Shown here one piece after another: positions 44,707 to 54,699 of a stretch of DNA of 64,000 nt. Location: NCBI GenBank assembly GCA_020853525.1, contig JADYYS010000039.1, positions 76,587 to 140,586 of the forward strand. Reading direction: 5' to 3'. The notes beneath the pieces are model-generated. The model did no database searches. It had not been told where the DNA came from and saw nothing but the letters and a program-made list of their open reading frames with translations. A program made the translations under genes and the position numbers. Source of the stretch: Ardenticatenales bacterium. GTDB taxonomy: Bacteria > Chloroflexota > Anaerolineae > Epilineales > Epilineaceae. How positions within the stretch are numbered: position 1 is the stretch's first letter; every line of letters starts with the position of its first letter.

Positions 44707-46614
44707 TTAGCCCAGGATCTCGTCGATCTTGGCGCGGATCTCGGAAATGCGGAACGGCTGGCCCTGCAGCTTCTCGAGCTGGATCACCGGCTTCAGGAAG
44801 CGGCCCTGGATGAGGAGCGCCAGCTGGCCGCCGTTCAGCTCGGGCACGAGCACCTGCTTGTAGCGGCCGAGCACGGCTGCCAGGTTGCGCGGGAACGGGT
44901 TCAGGTAGCGAACGTGCGCGTGGGCGACGGATCTGCCCTGTGCGTTCGCCTGGATGACCGCCTGGCGCAGCGCGCCGAACGTGCCGCCCCAGCCGAGGAC
45001 CAGCAGGTCGCCGGACTCGGGACCGTATACGTCCTGCTCGGGCAGGTAATCCGCCAGGCCCGCCACCTTCGCCCGCCGCTCGTCGTTCATCTGCTGGGTA
45101 TGCGTCGGGTCGTAGCTGACGTTGCCCGTGCCGGGCTCCTTGGACAGGCCGCCGATGCGGTGCTCGAGTCCCGGCGTGCCGGGCAGCGCCCACGGCCGCG
45201 CCATCGTCTCGGCGTCGCGCGCGAACGGCAGGTAGCCCGTGCCGTTCAGGCCGATCGCGGTCGGATGGCCGATCTGGATCGGCGCCATCGCGCCCACGTC
45301 GGGAATCCGCCACGGCTCCGCGCTGTTGGCCAGGTAGCCGTCGGAGAGCACGACGACGGGCGACATGATCCGCGCCGCCAGCCGAAACGCCAGGACGGTG
45401 ATGTCGAAGCACTCGCCGGGCGTCGCCGGGGCGAGGATCGGCAGCGGGCTCTCGCCGTTGCGGCCGAACATCGCCTGCAGGAGGTCGGACTGCTCGGTCT
45501 TCGTCGGCGAGCCCGTGCTCGGACCGCCGCGCTGGACGTCGACAATGACCATCGGCAGCTCGAGGACGAGCGCCAGGTTCATCGCCTCGCTCTTGAGCGC
45601 CAGGCCCGGCCCGCTGGTGCCCGTCACGGCGAACGCGCCGCCGAACGCCGCGCCGATCGCCGCACCCATCGCCGCGATCTCGTCCTCGGCCTGGAACGTG
45701 CGGACGTCGTAGTTCTTCAGGGCGGCCAGGCTGTGGAGGATGTCGCTGGCCGGCGTGATCGGATAGCTGCAGTAGACGAGCGACTTGTCGGCCAGCACCG
45801 CCGCCGCGACGAGGCCGATGGCGACCGCCTCGTTGCCGGTGATCTTGCGGTACTGTCCCGCCGCCAGGTTGGCGGGGGGGATGTGGAAGCGGCGCTGGAA
45901 CGCTTCGGTCGTCTCGCCGAAGTGGTAGCCGGCCATGAGCGCGCGGCGGTTCGCCTCGAAGATCGCCGGCTTCTTGCCGAATTTCTCCTCGATCCAGTGC
46001 AGCGTGTTGTCCAGCGGCCGGTCGTAGATCCAGAACGACAGGCCGAGCGCGAAGAGGTTCTTCGAGCGGTCCATGTCCTTGGTCGTGAGGCCTTCGATGT
46101 CCTTGAGCGCGTCCCGGTTCAGCCGGGTGAGCGGGACGGGATGGATCTTGTAGCCCTTCAGGCTGCCGTCCTCGAGCGGGTTGGTGGCGTACGCCGCCTT
46201 CTTCAGGTTGGAGGCGTTGAACTCGTCCGTGTTGACGATGATCGTGCCGCCCGGGACGAGCTCGGACAGCGCGCTCTTCAGCGCCGCGGGGTTCATCGCC
46301 ACCAGGACCTGCGCGGCATCGCCCGGCGTCAGGATGTCGAGGCTGCTGAAGTGGACCTGGAAGCCCGAGACGCCGGCCAGCGTGCCGGCCGGCGCCCGGA
46401 TCTCGGCCGGGAAGTCGGGCATCGTGCTGATGTCGTTGCCGACGACGGCGGCCGTGTTCGTGAACTGGGTGCCGGTCAGCTGCATGCCGTCGCCGGAATC
46501 GCCGGCGAAGCGGATGATGACGGACTCGACCTCATCGACGTTCGGCGCGCCGACGGCCGGGGCCTCGGCCACGGCGCTGGCGGCCGCCCCATTCGGGGCA
46601 TGCGGATCGGACAT
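44707..46614 (-). CDS. korA: 2-oxoglutarate/2-oxoacid:ferredoxin oxidoreductase alpha subunit
   Basis: Frame of ORF 44707..46674. The ATG at about 46614 (MSDPHAPNG...) follows AGGAG. The fold matches a pyruvate-flavodoxin/ferredoxin oxidoreductase-like alpha subunit (...[12 protein letters not shown]...). Confidence 0.85.
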   Translation of the reverse strand: MSDPHAPNGAAASAVAEAPAVGAPNVDEVESVIIRFAGDSGDGMQLTGTQFTNTAAVVGNDISTMPDFPAEIRAPAGTLAGVSGFQVHFSSLDILTPGDAAQVLVAMNPAALKSALSELVPGGTIIVNTDEFNASNLKKAAYATNPLEDGSLKGYKIHPVPLTRLNRDALKDIEGLTTKDMDRSKNLFALGLSFWIYDRPLDNTLHWIEEKFGKKPAIFEANRRALMAGYHFGETTEAFQRRFHIPPANLAAGQYRKITGNEAVAIGLVAAAVLADKSLVYCSYPITPASDILHSLAALKNYDVRTFQAEDEIAAMGAAIGAAFGGAFAVTGTSGPGLALKSEAMNLALVLELPMVIVDVQRGGPSTGSPTKTEQSDLLQAMFGRNGESPLPILAPATPGECFDITVLAFRLAARIMSPVVVLSDGYLANSAEPWRIPDVGAMAPIQIGHPTAIGLNGTGYLPFARDAETMARPWALPGTPGLEHRIGGLSKEPGTGNVSYDPTHTQQMNDERRAKVAGLADYLPEQDVYGPESGDLLVLGWGGTFGALRQAVIQANAQGRSVAHAHVRYLNPFPRNLAAVLGRYKQVLVPELNGGQLALLIQGRFLKPVIQLEKLQGQPFRISEIRAKIDEILG

Positions 46615-46756
46615 GTGCTTACCACTCCTGGCGGCGACGGACGAGGCGAACGGCGCCGCCGGCGAAGGCCACACGCAAAGGCCGCGCCGCGCCCGTCGTC
46701 GGGCGGGTCACGGCCAAGAAGGAGGCGCGTGGTCGCGAATGTAGGTGTTGCAGGCC

Positions 46757-46762
46757 ATTATA
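46757..46762 (-). promoter_or_regulatory. consensus TATAAT -10 hexamer on minus strand about 140 nt upstream of korA (candidate promoter, weak -35)
   Basis: Read directly from the sequence. The -35 (TCGCCC) is poor. Confidence 0.25.
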
Positions 46763-46836
46763 GGCCACGCCTGCGCGCGGGGCGATTCTCGGGCGCCCGC
46801 GCTACCATACCCGCTCGACCTGCCGCGGAGCGCGCC

Positions 46837-48201
46837 ATGCCGACTCATCCCAGCCAACCGAACGCCGCCCGTCCGACGGCGGACGCCGGGACAAACCCGA
46901 TCCCTCCCGGCCGCTACGACATCGTCATCCTCGGCGCTGACCGCGCCGCGCGCTGGGCGGCATGCGAGGCCGCCTCCCTCGGCGCCCGCGTGGCATGGCT
47001 CGTCGGCGACGCGGACGGTCCCCCACCCGCCGGCGTCGCGGCCGCCACCATCGACGTCTACCGCGGCGCACCGCACTTCATCGCCTCCGACGCCCTTCAC
47101 CTCGCCGGGCGCCGGCTCCACTTCGTGCGCGCGCTGATCGCCACCGGCGCGACGCCGATCGTGCCGCCTGACTCGGACATCGAGGCCGTGCCCCGCCTGG
47201 ACGCCGCCTCGCCGGCCGACCTCGCGTCGCCGCCCGGCCGCGTCGCCGTGATCGGCGCCGGCGCCACCGGCTGCGCGGCTGCGCAAGGGCTGGCGCGCCG
47301 GGGCGGTCGGGTCACGCTCTTCGAGGCCGAAGGGCGCGTGCTGCCCCGCGAGGCTCCGGAGGCCGCGGCGGCGATCCATGCCGCGCTCACGGCGGACGGC
47401 GTGCACGTGCGCACCGACCACCGCGTGACGACAGCCGTCGCTCAGGCCGGCAGCTGGGCATTCCGCGGCAGCGCGATGGACGGTGAAGCGACGAGCGACG
47501 CCGGCCCCTTCGACAAGGTGATCCTGGCCGCCGGACGCCGGTCGGACTTGCGCGCGCTCGACCTCCCCGCCGCCGCCGTCGAGACGGACGGCGCCCGCCT
47601 CCGCCTGGACGAGCGGCTGCGCACGACGAACCACCGGGTGTACGCCGCGGGAGATGCCGCGCTCGACCATCCGTCGCCGCACGGCGCAATGGCCTGCACG
47701 CGCGTGGCGCTGCGCAACGCGCTGCTGGACGGCCGCCGCCGGGCGGATGTGCTGACGATCCCGCGCGTCGTGTTCACCGTACCGCAGCTGGCCTCCGTCG
47801 GGCTCCTGGCGCATGAGCCGGAGGCCGCCGACGTGCCGCTCGACACCTTCGTCCACCGCGCCGAGGCAACGGCAGCGCCGCCGAACGTGTCCCATGCCAG
47901 CGATGAAGTCGGCGTCGTCGCCTTCCACCTGGCCGCCGGAACGGACGTCCTGCTCGGCGCAACGCTCGTCGGGTCGGACGCCGCCGCGGCCATCGGCGAG
48001 CTGGCGCACGCGATCGACGCCGGCATCACGCTGGCCGAGCTTGGCCGTGCGATCCGCCCGCCGGGCGTGTTCGCCGATGCGGTGCGCGCCGCGGCGGACG
48101 AAGCGCACCACCGCCGGCGCTCGCCGGGCAACCGCGCGCTCGCAACCCGCTGGCTGGCGGCCCGCCGCGCCTGGGCCGATCGCACCGCCGCACGAGGCTG
48201 A
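46837..48201 (+). CDS. FAD-dependent pyridine nucleotide-disulfide oxidoreductase family protein (lacks canonical CxxxxC redox disulfide)
   Basis: C-terminal 454 aa of ORF 44689..48201, starting at ATG 46837. FAD-binding GxGxxG-like (DIVILGADRAARWAA) and NAD-binding (VAVIGAGATGCAAAQ) motifs are present. Confidence 0.55.
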   Translation: MPTHPSQPNAARPTADAGTNPIPPGRYDIVILGADRAARWAACEAASLGARVAWLVGDADGPPPAGVAAATIDVYRGAPHFIASDALHLAGRRLHFVRALIATGATPIVPPDSDIEAVPRLDAASPADLASPPGRVAVIGAGATGCAAAQGLARRGGRVTLFEAEGRVLPREAPEAAAAIHAALTADGVHVRTDHRVTTAVAQAGSWAFRGSAMDGEATSDAGPFDKVILAAGRRSDLRALDLPAAAVETDGARLRLDERLRTTNHRVYAAGDAALDHPSPHGAMACTRVALRNALLDGRRRADVLTIPRVVFTVPQLASVGLLAHEPEAADVPLDTFVHRAEATAAPPNVSHASDEVGVVAFHLAAGTDVLLGATLVGSDAAAAIGELAHAIDAGITLAELGRAIRPPGVFADAVRAAADEAHHRRRSPGNRALATRWLAARRAWADRTAARG

Positions 48202-48205
48202 AGCC

Positions 48206-49741
48206 ATGAACCCGATCCCTTCCGACCGACCGACACCGGCCACGCGAACGTGCCCGTCGCCTCGCGCAACCGGAATTGCGCATGCACCGATCGTCATCAC
48301 CGTCGCCGCGCTCGTGCTCGCGCTCGCCGGCTGCACCGCCGTGCCGACGCCTGCCCCGACGCTGCCGGGCGGCCTGCGGATAGCCGGACCGGACGGCAAG
48401 TCCGTGACGGCGGACGCCCGCATGCTGACCGCCGTCGCGGCATTCCCGACGACGAACCCGGCCGACCCCGGTACGTTCGCCGAGCGCGGCGAGTTCCCGC
48501 TGCCGGACAGCACCCGCCCGGCCGGCTTCGAAACGTACAGCTGGCAGCATCTCCTGGACGACGCGTCCGGCACGACCGTCCGCTTCGCGCTGCGCGACGG
48601 CGACCCGCCGCGGGCGTGGGTGGACGACTGGGTGGTCGACGTGGCGGCGGGGCGATATGGAATCGAGGTCGCGCCGATCTACGTGGAGGCGCCGGGCGAC
48701 GTCGCGGCGCAGTTGGCGGCCGAGAAGGCGGCCGGCGTCGCCGCATCGGAGGAGACGACGGGCACGATCGACCTGCTGTGGATCGACGACGCGAGCTTCG
48801 GTGCGCTCGCCGACGGCGGCCTGCTCTACGGCCCGTGGACGGGCTACACGCCCAGCCGGCGCTACCTCGATCCGAAGGATGGTTGGCTGAAGCGCACGTT
48901 CGGCCGGGACGTCGGCGAGAACGCCCTTGCCTGGGGCCGGACGCACTTCGTCCTGCTGCACGACCCGACGCGACTGCCGGCGCCCCCGCCGTCCTGGCCT
49001 GCGCTCTGGTCGTGGATCGAGGCGAACCCCGGCCGCTTCACGTACGCCGCGCCGCCCGACCCGGTCGGCAGCGCGTTCGTCCGACAGGCGTGCATCGCCC
49101 TCGCCGCCGACGCGTCCATCTTCAGCCAGCCGTACGACGCCGCGACGGCAGAGGCCGCGCTCGCGCCGTGCTGGACCCAACTCGAAGCCATCGCGCCCAT
49201 GCTTCGGCAGCAGGGCAGGCCGTACCCACAGGCGCAGGCCGAGGTGGACGATCTGTTCGCGGCGTCAGAAACCGACATCACGATGCGCTATGGACCGCCG
49301 CCGCGCCCGGTCGACGGCGGCGGCGACGCATCGCCCGAGGGTCGCGCAGCCGTCGAACGCGCCGCCGCGCTCGCCGGTGCCCACGCGTTCGCGCTCGAGG
49401 GCGGCATGCTGTCCCGGGTCCACTTCCTGGCGATTCCATTCAACGCGCCGAACAAGCAAGGGGCCATCGTGTTGGCGAATTTCCTCCAAGATCCCGAAGC
49501 CCAGTTCGCCAAGCTCGGTCCGGAGAACTGGGGCGATCCGACGGTCATCGGACCGCACCTCATCCCCGAGACCTGGCAGGCGACGTACGCCGAGGTCGCA
49601 ACCCCGCCGAACGCCCTCGCCGAAGACGTCGTGGCCGCGCAGCGCGTGGCCGAGCCTTCGCCGGCCTGGGTGGAGGCCATCGACGCCGGTTGGGCGCGGT
49701 TCGTCGGCGGCGGCGCGGCCGGATCGGACGGTGCGCCGTGA
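48206..49741 (+). CDS. ABC-transporter-type substrate-binding lipoprotein (orphan; no permease/ATPase adjacent)
   Basis: Frame of ORF 47813..49741, starting at ATG 48206. The lipobox is VAALVLALAGC. The size and composition fit the periplasmic solute-binding protein fold. Confidence 0.5.
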   Translation: MNPIPSDRPTPATRTCPSPRATGIAHAPIVITVAALVLALAGCTAVPTPAPTLPGGLRIAGPDGKSVTADARMLTAVAAFPTTNPADPGTFAERGEFPLPDSTRPAGFETYSWQHLLDDASGTTVRFALRDGDPPRAWVDDWVVDVAAGRYGIEVAPIYVEAPGDVAAQLAAEKAAGVAASEETTGTIDLLWIDDASFGALADGGLLYGPWTGYTPSRRYLDPKDGWLKRTFGRDVGENALAWGRTHFVLLHDPTRLPAPPPSWPALWSWIEANPGRFTYAAPPDPVGSAFVRQACIALAADASIFSQPYDAATAEAALAPCWTQLEAIAPMLRQQGRPYPQAQAEVDDLFAASETDITMRYGPPPRPVDGGGDASPEGRAAVERAAALAGAHAFALEGGMLSRVHFLAIPFNAPNKQGAIVLANFLQDPEAQFAKLGPENWGDPTVIGPHLIPETWQATYAEVATPPNALAEDVVAAQRVAEPSPAWVEAIDAGWARFVGGGAAGSDGAP

Positions 49742-51549
49742 GCGTGCGCGGACCGGCGCCGCGCAACCTGGCGGACCAGCTCGGCCACGCCGCCGTCTTC
49801 GGCGCTTGGCAGCTCGATCAGCTCCGTCGCTGGCGTGAGCCGGCGCCCGACTGGGTGCTGGCGTTCGTCGAAGACCAGATGGCCCCGCTGCCGCCGCCCG
49901 GCCCGCTCTGGCAGCGCCTCGTGCCGCAGGCGCCTACGATCCGCGACCTCGTGACGCTGCTGCGCGACGTGGCGCGCGACCCGCGGCCAAAGGGCGTCGT
50001 CCTCCACATCCGACCGCTGGCGATGCCTGCGCCGTCCATCGAGACGCTCCGTGCCGCGGTCGCCGAGGTGCGCGCGGCGGGCAAGCGCGTCGTGGCGTAC
50101 GCGCCGCACTACACCTTCGGCGGCTACTACCTGGCGTGCGCGTGCGACGAGATCATCGTCCAGAAGGGAGGCCACGTCGGGCCGCTCAGCCTGCAGCGCG
50201 GCTACTTTCACATCGCCGACGGCCTCGAGCGCGCCGGGCTGCGGTTCGACGCCGTCCAGATCGCGCCGCACAAGACGGCCGCCGACACGTTCACCCGCCG
50301 GGAGATGTCCGCCGCGGCGCGGGAGATGGGCGAGTGGCTCCTCGAGGGCACATGGCAGGAGATGAAGTCTTCGATCGCCGACGGCCGCGGCCTGACCGCC
50401 GAAGCCGTCGACGCGCTGCTCGCCGACGGCTTCTTCACGGATGTCGAGGCGCGGGCGGCCGGCATCGTCGACCACGTCGCCGGTGAGGAGGACCTCCCGA
50501 CGCACCTCGCCGACACCGGTCCCGCGCCTGCCGGACGACCCGCCGCGCCGCCGGCGGTCATCGTCCATGAGCGGCAGGCGCGGCGGTCGTTGATCAACGA
50601 ACCGCCGCCGCGGCCCGGCCCGTACATCGCCGTGCTCCGCATCGAGGGGGCGATCGTCGACGGCGAGACCGCCGCGCCGCCGGGGCCGTTGCCGGTGCCG
50701 GTCGTCGGGGACGGGCGTTCGGGCGATCGGACGGTCGTCCAGCAGGCGCGCCGCATCCTGGCCGACGACAACGCCGTGGCGCTCGTGCTGTCCATCGACT
50801 CGCCCGGCGGGTCGGCGACGGCCAGCGAGGCGATGGCGGCGGCGATCGAGCGCGTGGCCGCCCGGAAGCCGGTCGTGGCGCACATGGGCGGCGTGGCGGC
50901 GTCGGGCGGCTACTACGTGGCCACACCCGCCCGCTGGATCGTGGCCCACCCGGGCACGATCACGGGCTCGATCGGCGTCCTCAGCGGCAAGCTCGTGCTC
51001 GGCGGGCTCTGGGAAAAGCTCACCTTCAACCACGAGACCCTCTCGCGCGGCGGCGCCGCAGGCCTGTTCGACAGCGCCACGGCGTTCAGCGACGCCGAAC
51101 GCGACACGATGCTCGGCCATATCCGCCGCGTGTACGACGTCTTCCTGGCCCGCGTCGCCACGAGCCGCAACCTGCCGCTGGAGGCGCTCGACGCCGTCGC
51201 CGGCGGGCGCGTCTGGACGGGCCGGCAAGCCTTCGAGCGCGGCCTCGTCGATGCGCTCGGCACGTTGGACGACGCGCTGGCCAAGGCGCGCGAGCTGGCG
51301 GGCGTCGGGCCGGGCGTGCCGGCGCGGGAGGTGCGGGCGGGGCGGAAGCGGCGCGGGCCGGCGGCGCCTCCGTCAGGCGCCGCGTGGGACGGGGCGGATC
51401 GCGCGGTCGCGACGGCGCGCACGCTGGCGTCGTCCGTTCTTCCCGGACTGGCGACGCTCGCCGCGGCTCAGGATGCGCTGCAGACCGTTCGCCTGCTGAA
51501 CGGGGCGACGGCGCTGTGCCTCTGCCCGCTCATCGTCGGCGACGATTGA
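49738..51549 (+). CDS. sppA: signal peptide peptidase SppA (67K type, tandem S49 domains)
   Basis: Frame of ORF 48250..51549. The GTG at 49738 overlaps the substrate-binding lipoprotein (SBP) gene stop as GTGA. S49 motifs are LSIDSPGGSATASEAMAAAI and GGYYVA. Confidence 0.8.
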   Translation: MSVRGPAPRNLADQLGHAAVFGAWQLDQLRRWREPAPDWVLAFVEDQMAPLPPPGPLWQRLVPQAPTIRDLVTLLRDVARDPRPKGVVLHIRPLAMPAPSIETLRAAVAEVRAAGKRVVAYAPHYTFGGYYLACACDEIIVQKGGHVGPLSLQRGYFHIADGLERAGLRFDAVQIAPHKTAADTFTRREMSAAAREMGEWLLEGTWQEMKSSIADGRGLTAEAVDALLADGFFTDVEARAAGIVDHVAGEEDLPTHLADTGPAPAGRPAAPPAVIVHERQARRSLINEPPPRPGPYIAVLRIEGAIVDGETAAPPGPLPVPVVGDGRSGDRTVVQQARRILADDNAVALVLSIDSPGGSATASEAMAAAIERVAARKPVVAHMGGVAASGGYYVATPARWIVAHPGTITGSIGVLSGKLVLGGLWEKLTFNHETLSRGGAAGLFDSATAFSDAERDTMLGHIRRVYDVFLARVATSRNLPLEALDAVAGGRVWTGRQAFERGLVDALGTLDDALAKARELAGVGPGVPAREVRAGRKRRGPAAPPSGAAWDGADRAVATARTLASSVLPGLATLAAAQDALQTVRLLNGATALCLCPLIVGDD

Positions 51550-51564
51550 TCGGAGGGACGACAC

Positions 51565-52071
51565 ATGGACGTCCGGCAGGTCCTGCGCTCACAGTTCGGC
51601 GCCGCCCTCGACATGCTCGAGCACGCCGTGCGAGGCTGCCCGGACGGAATGTGGGACGACCCGGCCGACACGAACCGCTTCTGGCACGTGGCCTACCATG
51701 TCCTGTTCTACACCGACCTCTATCTCAGCGAGCGCGAGGCGTCGTTCGTTCCTTGGGCGCTTCACCGCGAGAATCATCAGTTCTTCGGCACGCTACCGTG
51801 GCCGCCGCATTCGATCGTTGCGATCGGCGCCCCGTACACGCGCGAGGAAGTGCTGGCCTACCTCAAGATATGTCGCGACCGCGTCGACGCGCAGCTCGGC
51901 GCGATCGACCTCGACGGCCCGTCGGGGTTCGAGTGGCTCCCGTTCGGCAAGCTCGAGCTCCAGCTCTACAACCTGCGCCACATCCAGCAGCACACGGGCG
52001 AGCTCATGGAGCGGCTGGGGGCGCGGGCGGGGGTGGATGTGCCGTGGGTCGGGATGGGTGCGAAGGGGTAG
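51565..52071 (+). CDS. DinB/YfiT-like (DinB_2 family) protein
   Basis: ORF 51565..52071, preceded by GGAGGG. The helical-bundle DinB-like pattern is present (…FWHVAYHVLFYTD…HIQQHTGEL). Confidence 0.5.
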   Translation: MDVRQVLRSQFGAALDMLEHAVRGCPDGMWDDPADTNRFWHVAYHVLFYTDLYLSEREASFVPWALHRENHQFFGTLPWPPHSIVAIGAPYTREEVLAYLKICRDRVDAQLGAIDLDGPSGFEWLPFGKLELQLYNLRHIQQHTGELMERLGARAGVDVPWVGMGAKG

Positions 52072-52154
52072 GACGAGGCGGGCGGCGACGCGGGAGTTGT
52101 TTGGGCGGGGGAGAGCGGTTGGCGGATGGCATGCGGGCGAGGCATGCATCGCCC

Positions 52155-52234
52155 CTTCGTGGGCATCGGCGAATCCATCGGGCGGCCGAGGGCATTACGT
52201 GGGCAGCGACGGATCCATCGGACGGCCGAGGGCG
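52155..52234. repeat. about 40-nt imperfect tandem duplication spanning the 3-prime end/stop of the GNAT gene
   Basis: Copy in the coding sequence: gccctcggccgtccgatggatccgtcgctgcccacgtaa. Downstream copy: gccctcggccgcccgatggattcgccgatgcccacgaag. There are about 5 mismatches; the stop codon TAA aligns with GAA in the second copy. Confidence 0.7.
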
Positions 52235-52848
52235 TCGCATGCCCGCACCTCGACCGCCGCGGCCGGGCTCGCGGCGAAAGCCTCGGCGAACATCGTCCAG
52301 ATCATCGTGTCCCGCCACGTGCCGTCCGGGCGCTGCAGCCGGGCGGTCAGCGTCGCCTCGTGGCGGTAGCCGAGCTTCTCGGCGACGCGCGCACTGGCGA
52401 CGTTTTGCGGGTCGCAGTGGATCTCGACACGGTGGACCCGGTGGAAGGCGAAGGCGGCGCGGGTGAGGGCGGCGACGAATTCCGTGGCCAGGCCGCGGCC
52501 GGCGTGGTCGACGTGCATCCAGTAGCCGATCTCCAGCGCGTCGGCGCCGATGCGCGGGTGGAGGCCGCAGCCGCCGATGACGGTCTGCCCGCTCGGACTC
52601 CACACGCCGTACGTGAAGTCGCGGTCCGCGTCGAACTCGGCGCGCAGGTGGCGCAGCCGGGCGACGGTGGCCTCGACGTCCGGGCGCTCCTGCGCCCAGC
52701 CCAGCCACGGTCGAAGATGGGTCAAGCTCTCGGCGACCGCCGCGACGAGCGCCGACGCGTCCTCGGGGGCCCACGGTCGCAGCAGTGTCCGCGGCGTCGT
52801 CAGGCGGTAGGCCGGGCCGGGCGGCGGCGGCGAGTGCGGACGGCTCAC
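52195..52848 (-). CDS. GNAT family N-acetyltransferase (RimJ/RimL-like)
   Basis: Frame of ORF 52195..53424. The GTG at 52848 forms a GTGA overlap with the folK stop. GNAT motifs are ...LRPWAPED...EIGYWMHVDHAGRGLATE.... Confidence 0.7.
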   Translation of the reverse strand: MSRPHSPPPPGPAYRLTTPRTLLRPWAPEDASALVAAVAESLTHLRPWLGWAQERPDVEATVARLRHLRAEFDADRDFTYGVWSPSGQTVIGGCGLHPRIGADALEIGYWMHVDHAGRGLATEFVAALTRAAFAFHRVHRVEIHCDPQNVASARVAEKLGYRHEATLTARLQRPDGTWRDTMIWTMFAEAFAASPAAAVEVRACDALGRPMDPSLPT

Positions 52849-53402
52849 CGGGGCACGGTCACAGTGGACAGGTCGAGGCCGCGGACGACGTGCGGCGCGG
52901 CGCGGCCGGCAGCGGCGGCCGCGGCGATGCATGCGGCGGCGACGTCCCGCAGCCGTCGCCCGTCGCCGGGCAGCCGCAGATCGCCCGCGATGTCGGCCAG
53001 CGGCATGGCCACGTGGGCATAGCGGCCGACGTCCGGGTCGGGCAGGCGGAGGCGTCCCCCATGGCCGTCCGCGCGGTTCACGACGGCGTCGCCGAACAGC
53101 GCCAGGTCGAGATCGATCGTCCGCGGCGCGTTCCGATTCCCGGTGCGAACGCGGCCGAGCTCCGCTTCGATCCTGCGCAGCAAGGAGAACTTGAACGCGG
53201 CGGCATCCAACGGAGTCGCGATCGCGACGGCGGCATTCAGGAATGCAGGCCCTTCGCCGCCGACGGCGCCGGAGCGCCACGCGCGCGAGACCGCGCGCAC
53301 GTCGCTCCGCTCGGCGAGCAGGGCGACCGCACGCCGTAGGTTGGCGGATGCGTCGATGTTGCTGCCGAGGCTGACGAGCGCAAGCGTCGTGCCCTCCATC
53401 AC
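52845..53402 (-). CDS. folK: 2-amino-4-hydroxy-6-hydroxymethyldihydropteridine diphosphokinase
   Basis: ORF 52845..53402. HPPK motifs are LALVSLGSNI...FLNAAVAI...RTIDLDL. Confidence 0.85.
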   Translation of the reverse strand: MMEGTTLALVSLGSNIDASANLRRAVALLAERSDVRAVSRAWRSGAVGGEGPAFLNAAVAIATPLDAAAFKFSLLRRIEAELGRVRTGNRNAPRTIDLDLALFGDAVVNRADGHGGRLRLPDPDVGRYAHVAMPLADIAGDLRLPGDGRRLRDVAAACIAAAAAAGRAAPHVVRGLDLSTVTVPR

Positions 53403-53812
53403 GGGCCGCCTTCGGCGTCACCACCCGAGTCGTCGCCGTCGAAGTCGCCGCGAGAGCGCGTGATCTCGACGCCGACGCTCTTCGCGAACCGAACGGCGCC
53501 GGGCTTCTCGACGCACACTGTCACGTGCTCCGCCCCGCGCGCCAGACAGATCCGCGCCACGTCGGCCGCAAGGCGCTCGACGAGGAGCGGCGCGTGCTCG
53601 GCCACGTGGGCGAGGACGGCCTTCGTCACCGCCTTGTAGTCCAGGATGTGCGCCGGATCGTCCGTCCTGCCCGCGGCACGCGTGTCCACGAACAGCGTGA
53701 GGTTGATGAGGATGTCTTGCTCGACAGTGCGCTCCCAGTCGTTCAGGCCGATGACGCCTCGGACGAGGAGGTCGCGGATGATCACCTTGTCGAGCCGATC
53801 GTCGTCGATCAT
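53399..53812 (-). CDS. folB: dihydroneopterin aldolase
   Basis: ORF 53399..53812. The FolB fold is MIDDDRLDKVIIRDLLVRGVIGLNDWER.... The stop overlaps the folK start as ATGA. Confidence 0.8.
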   Translation of the reverse strand: MIDDDRLDKVIIRDLLVRGVIGLNDWERTVEQDILINLTLFVDTRAAGRTDDPAHILDYKAVTKAVLAHVAEHAPLLVERLAADVARICLARGAEHVTVCVEKPGAVRFAKSVGVEITRSRGDFDGDDSGGDAEGGP

Positions 53813-53881
53813 GGGGTGTTTATGCTCCTCATCAGCTGGTGCGCGTCACGACGTCGAGCCGCCCCGCGGAAATCCTGCACG

Positions 53882-54658
53882 TTATCGTCCGATCGGCCCG
53901 ATCAGGCTCTCACCGCCGTCCACGTGGAGAACGGCACCGGTGACGAACGGGCTCTGGACGAGGTAGAGCACGGTGCGCACGACATCCGCCGGCTCGCCGA
54001 CACGCTGCAGCGGCACCCGCTTCTTCGTCAGCCGGCCCCAGTCTTCGCCTTCGGCCGCGTCCGGCGGCGGGAGGATGGCGCCCGGAACGATCGCATTCAC
54101 GCGGATGTCGGGCGCAAGGGCGCGGGCGAGGACGCGGGTCACATGGACGACGCCGGCCTTGCTCACGCCGTGCTGGATGTGCTCGCTCCACGCCTGGACA
54201 CCCGAAAGATCGGCCATGTTCACGATGAGCGCGCCCTCGCCCTCCGGCCGCGACGCGGCCCGCAGGTGCGGCGCCGCGGCCTGGGCGCACAGGAACGGTG
54301 CGCGGAGGTTCACATCCAGCGAAGCATCCCAGTCGGCCGCCGTGATGCTGCCGATCGCCTGCCGGTCAAACCGCGCGGCGTTGTTCACGAGGACGTCGAG
54401 CCGTCCGAATGCGGCCGCAGCGGCGTCGACGAGGCCCGGAATCGCCGCCGCGTCGGCCAGGTCGGCCGACAGCGCGATCGCCCGGACGCCCAGCGCCTCG
54501 GCGTCGCGGACGGTGCCGAGCGCGTCGTCGCGCGATCCGCCGTAGTGGATGACCACATCTGCGCCCGCGCCGGCGAGCCCGAGCGCGATTGCACGTCCGA
54601 GGCGGACGGCGGCGCCGGTGACGAGCGCCGTGCGGCCGGCGAGCGGGCGGGCGGGCAT
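53882..54658 (-). CDS. SDR-family oxidoreductase, pteridine reductase (PTR1/FolM)-like
   Basis: Frame of ORF 53882..54820, starting at ATG 54658. Motifs are TALVTGAAVRLGRAIALGLAGAGADVVIHY... and the catalytic YxxxK region (HGVSKAGV). It is embedded in the fol operon. Confidence 0.65.
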   Translation of the reverse strand: MPARPLAGRTALVTGAAVRLGRAIALGLAGAGADVVIHYGGSRDDALGTVRDAEALGVRAIALSADLADAAAIPGLVDAAAAAFGRLDVLVNNAARFDRQAIGSITAADWDASLDVNLRAPFLCAQAAAPHLRAASRPEGEGALIVNMADLSGVQAWSEHIQHGVSKAGVVHVTRVLARALAPDIRVNAIVPGAILPPPDAAEGEDWGRLTKKRVPLQRVGEPADVVRTVLYLVQSPFVTGAVLHVDGGESLIGPIGR

Positions 54659-54699
54659 CGTGTGTTCTCTCAGCGTGCGTTCTCTCAGTGTGCGTTCTC

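Noticed and set aside
51793-52149. Possibility that the GNAT gene originally extended through the duplicated segment (GAA in place of TAA)
   Set aside because: Read-through translation enters the antisense strand of the DinB-like gene and yields a Pro/Arg-rich sequence. There is no support for a longer GNAT protein.
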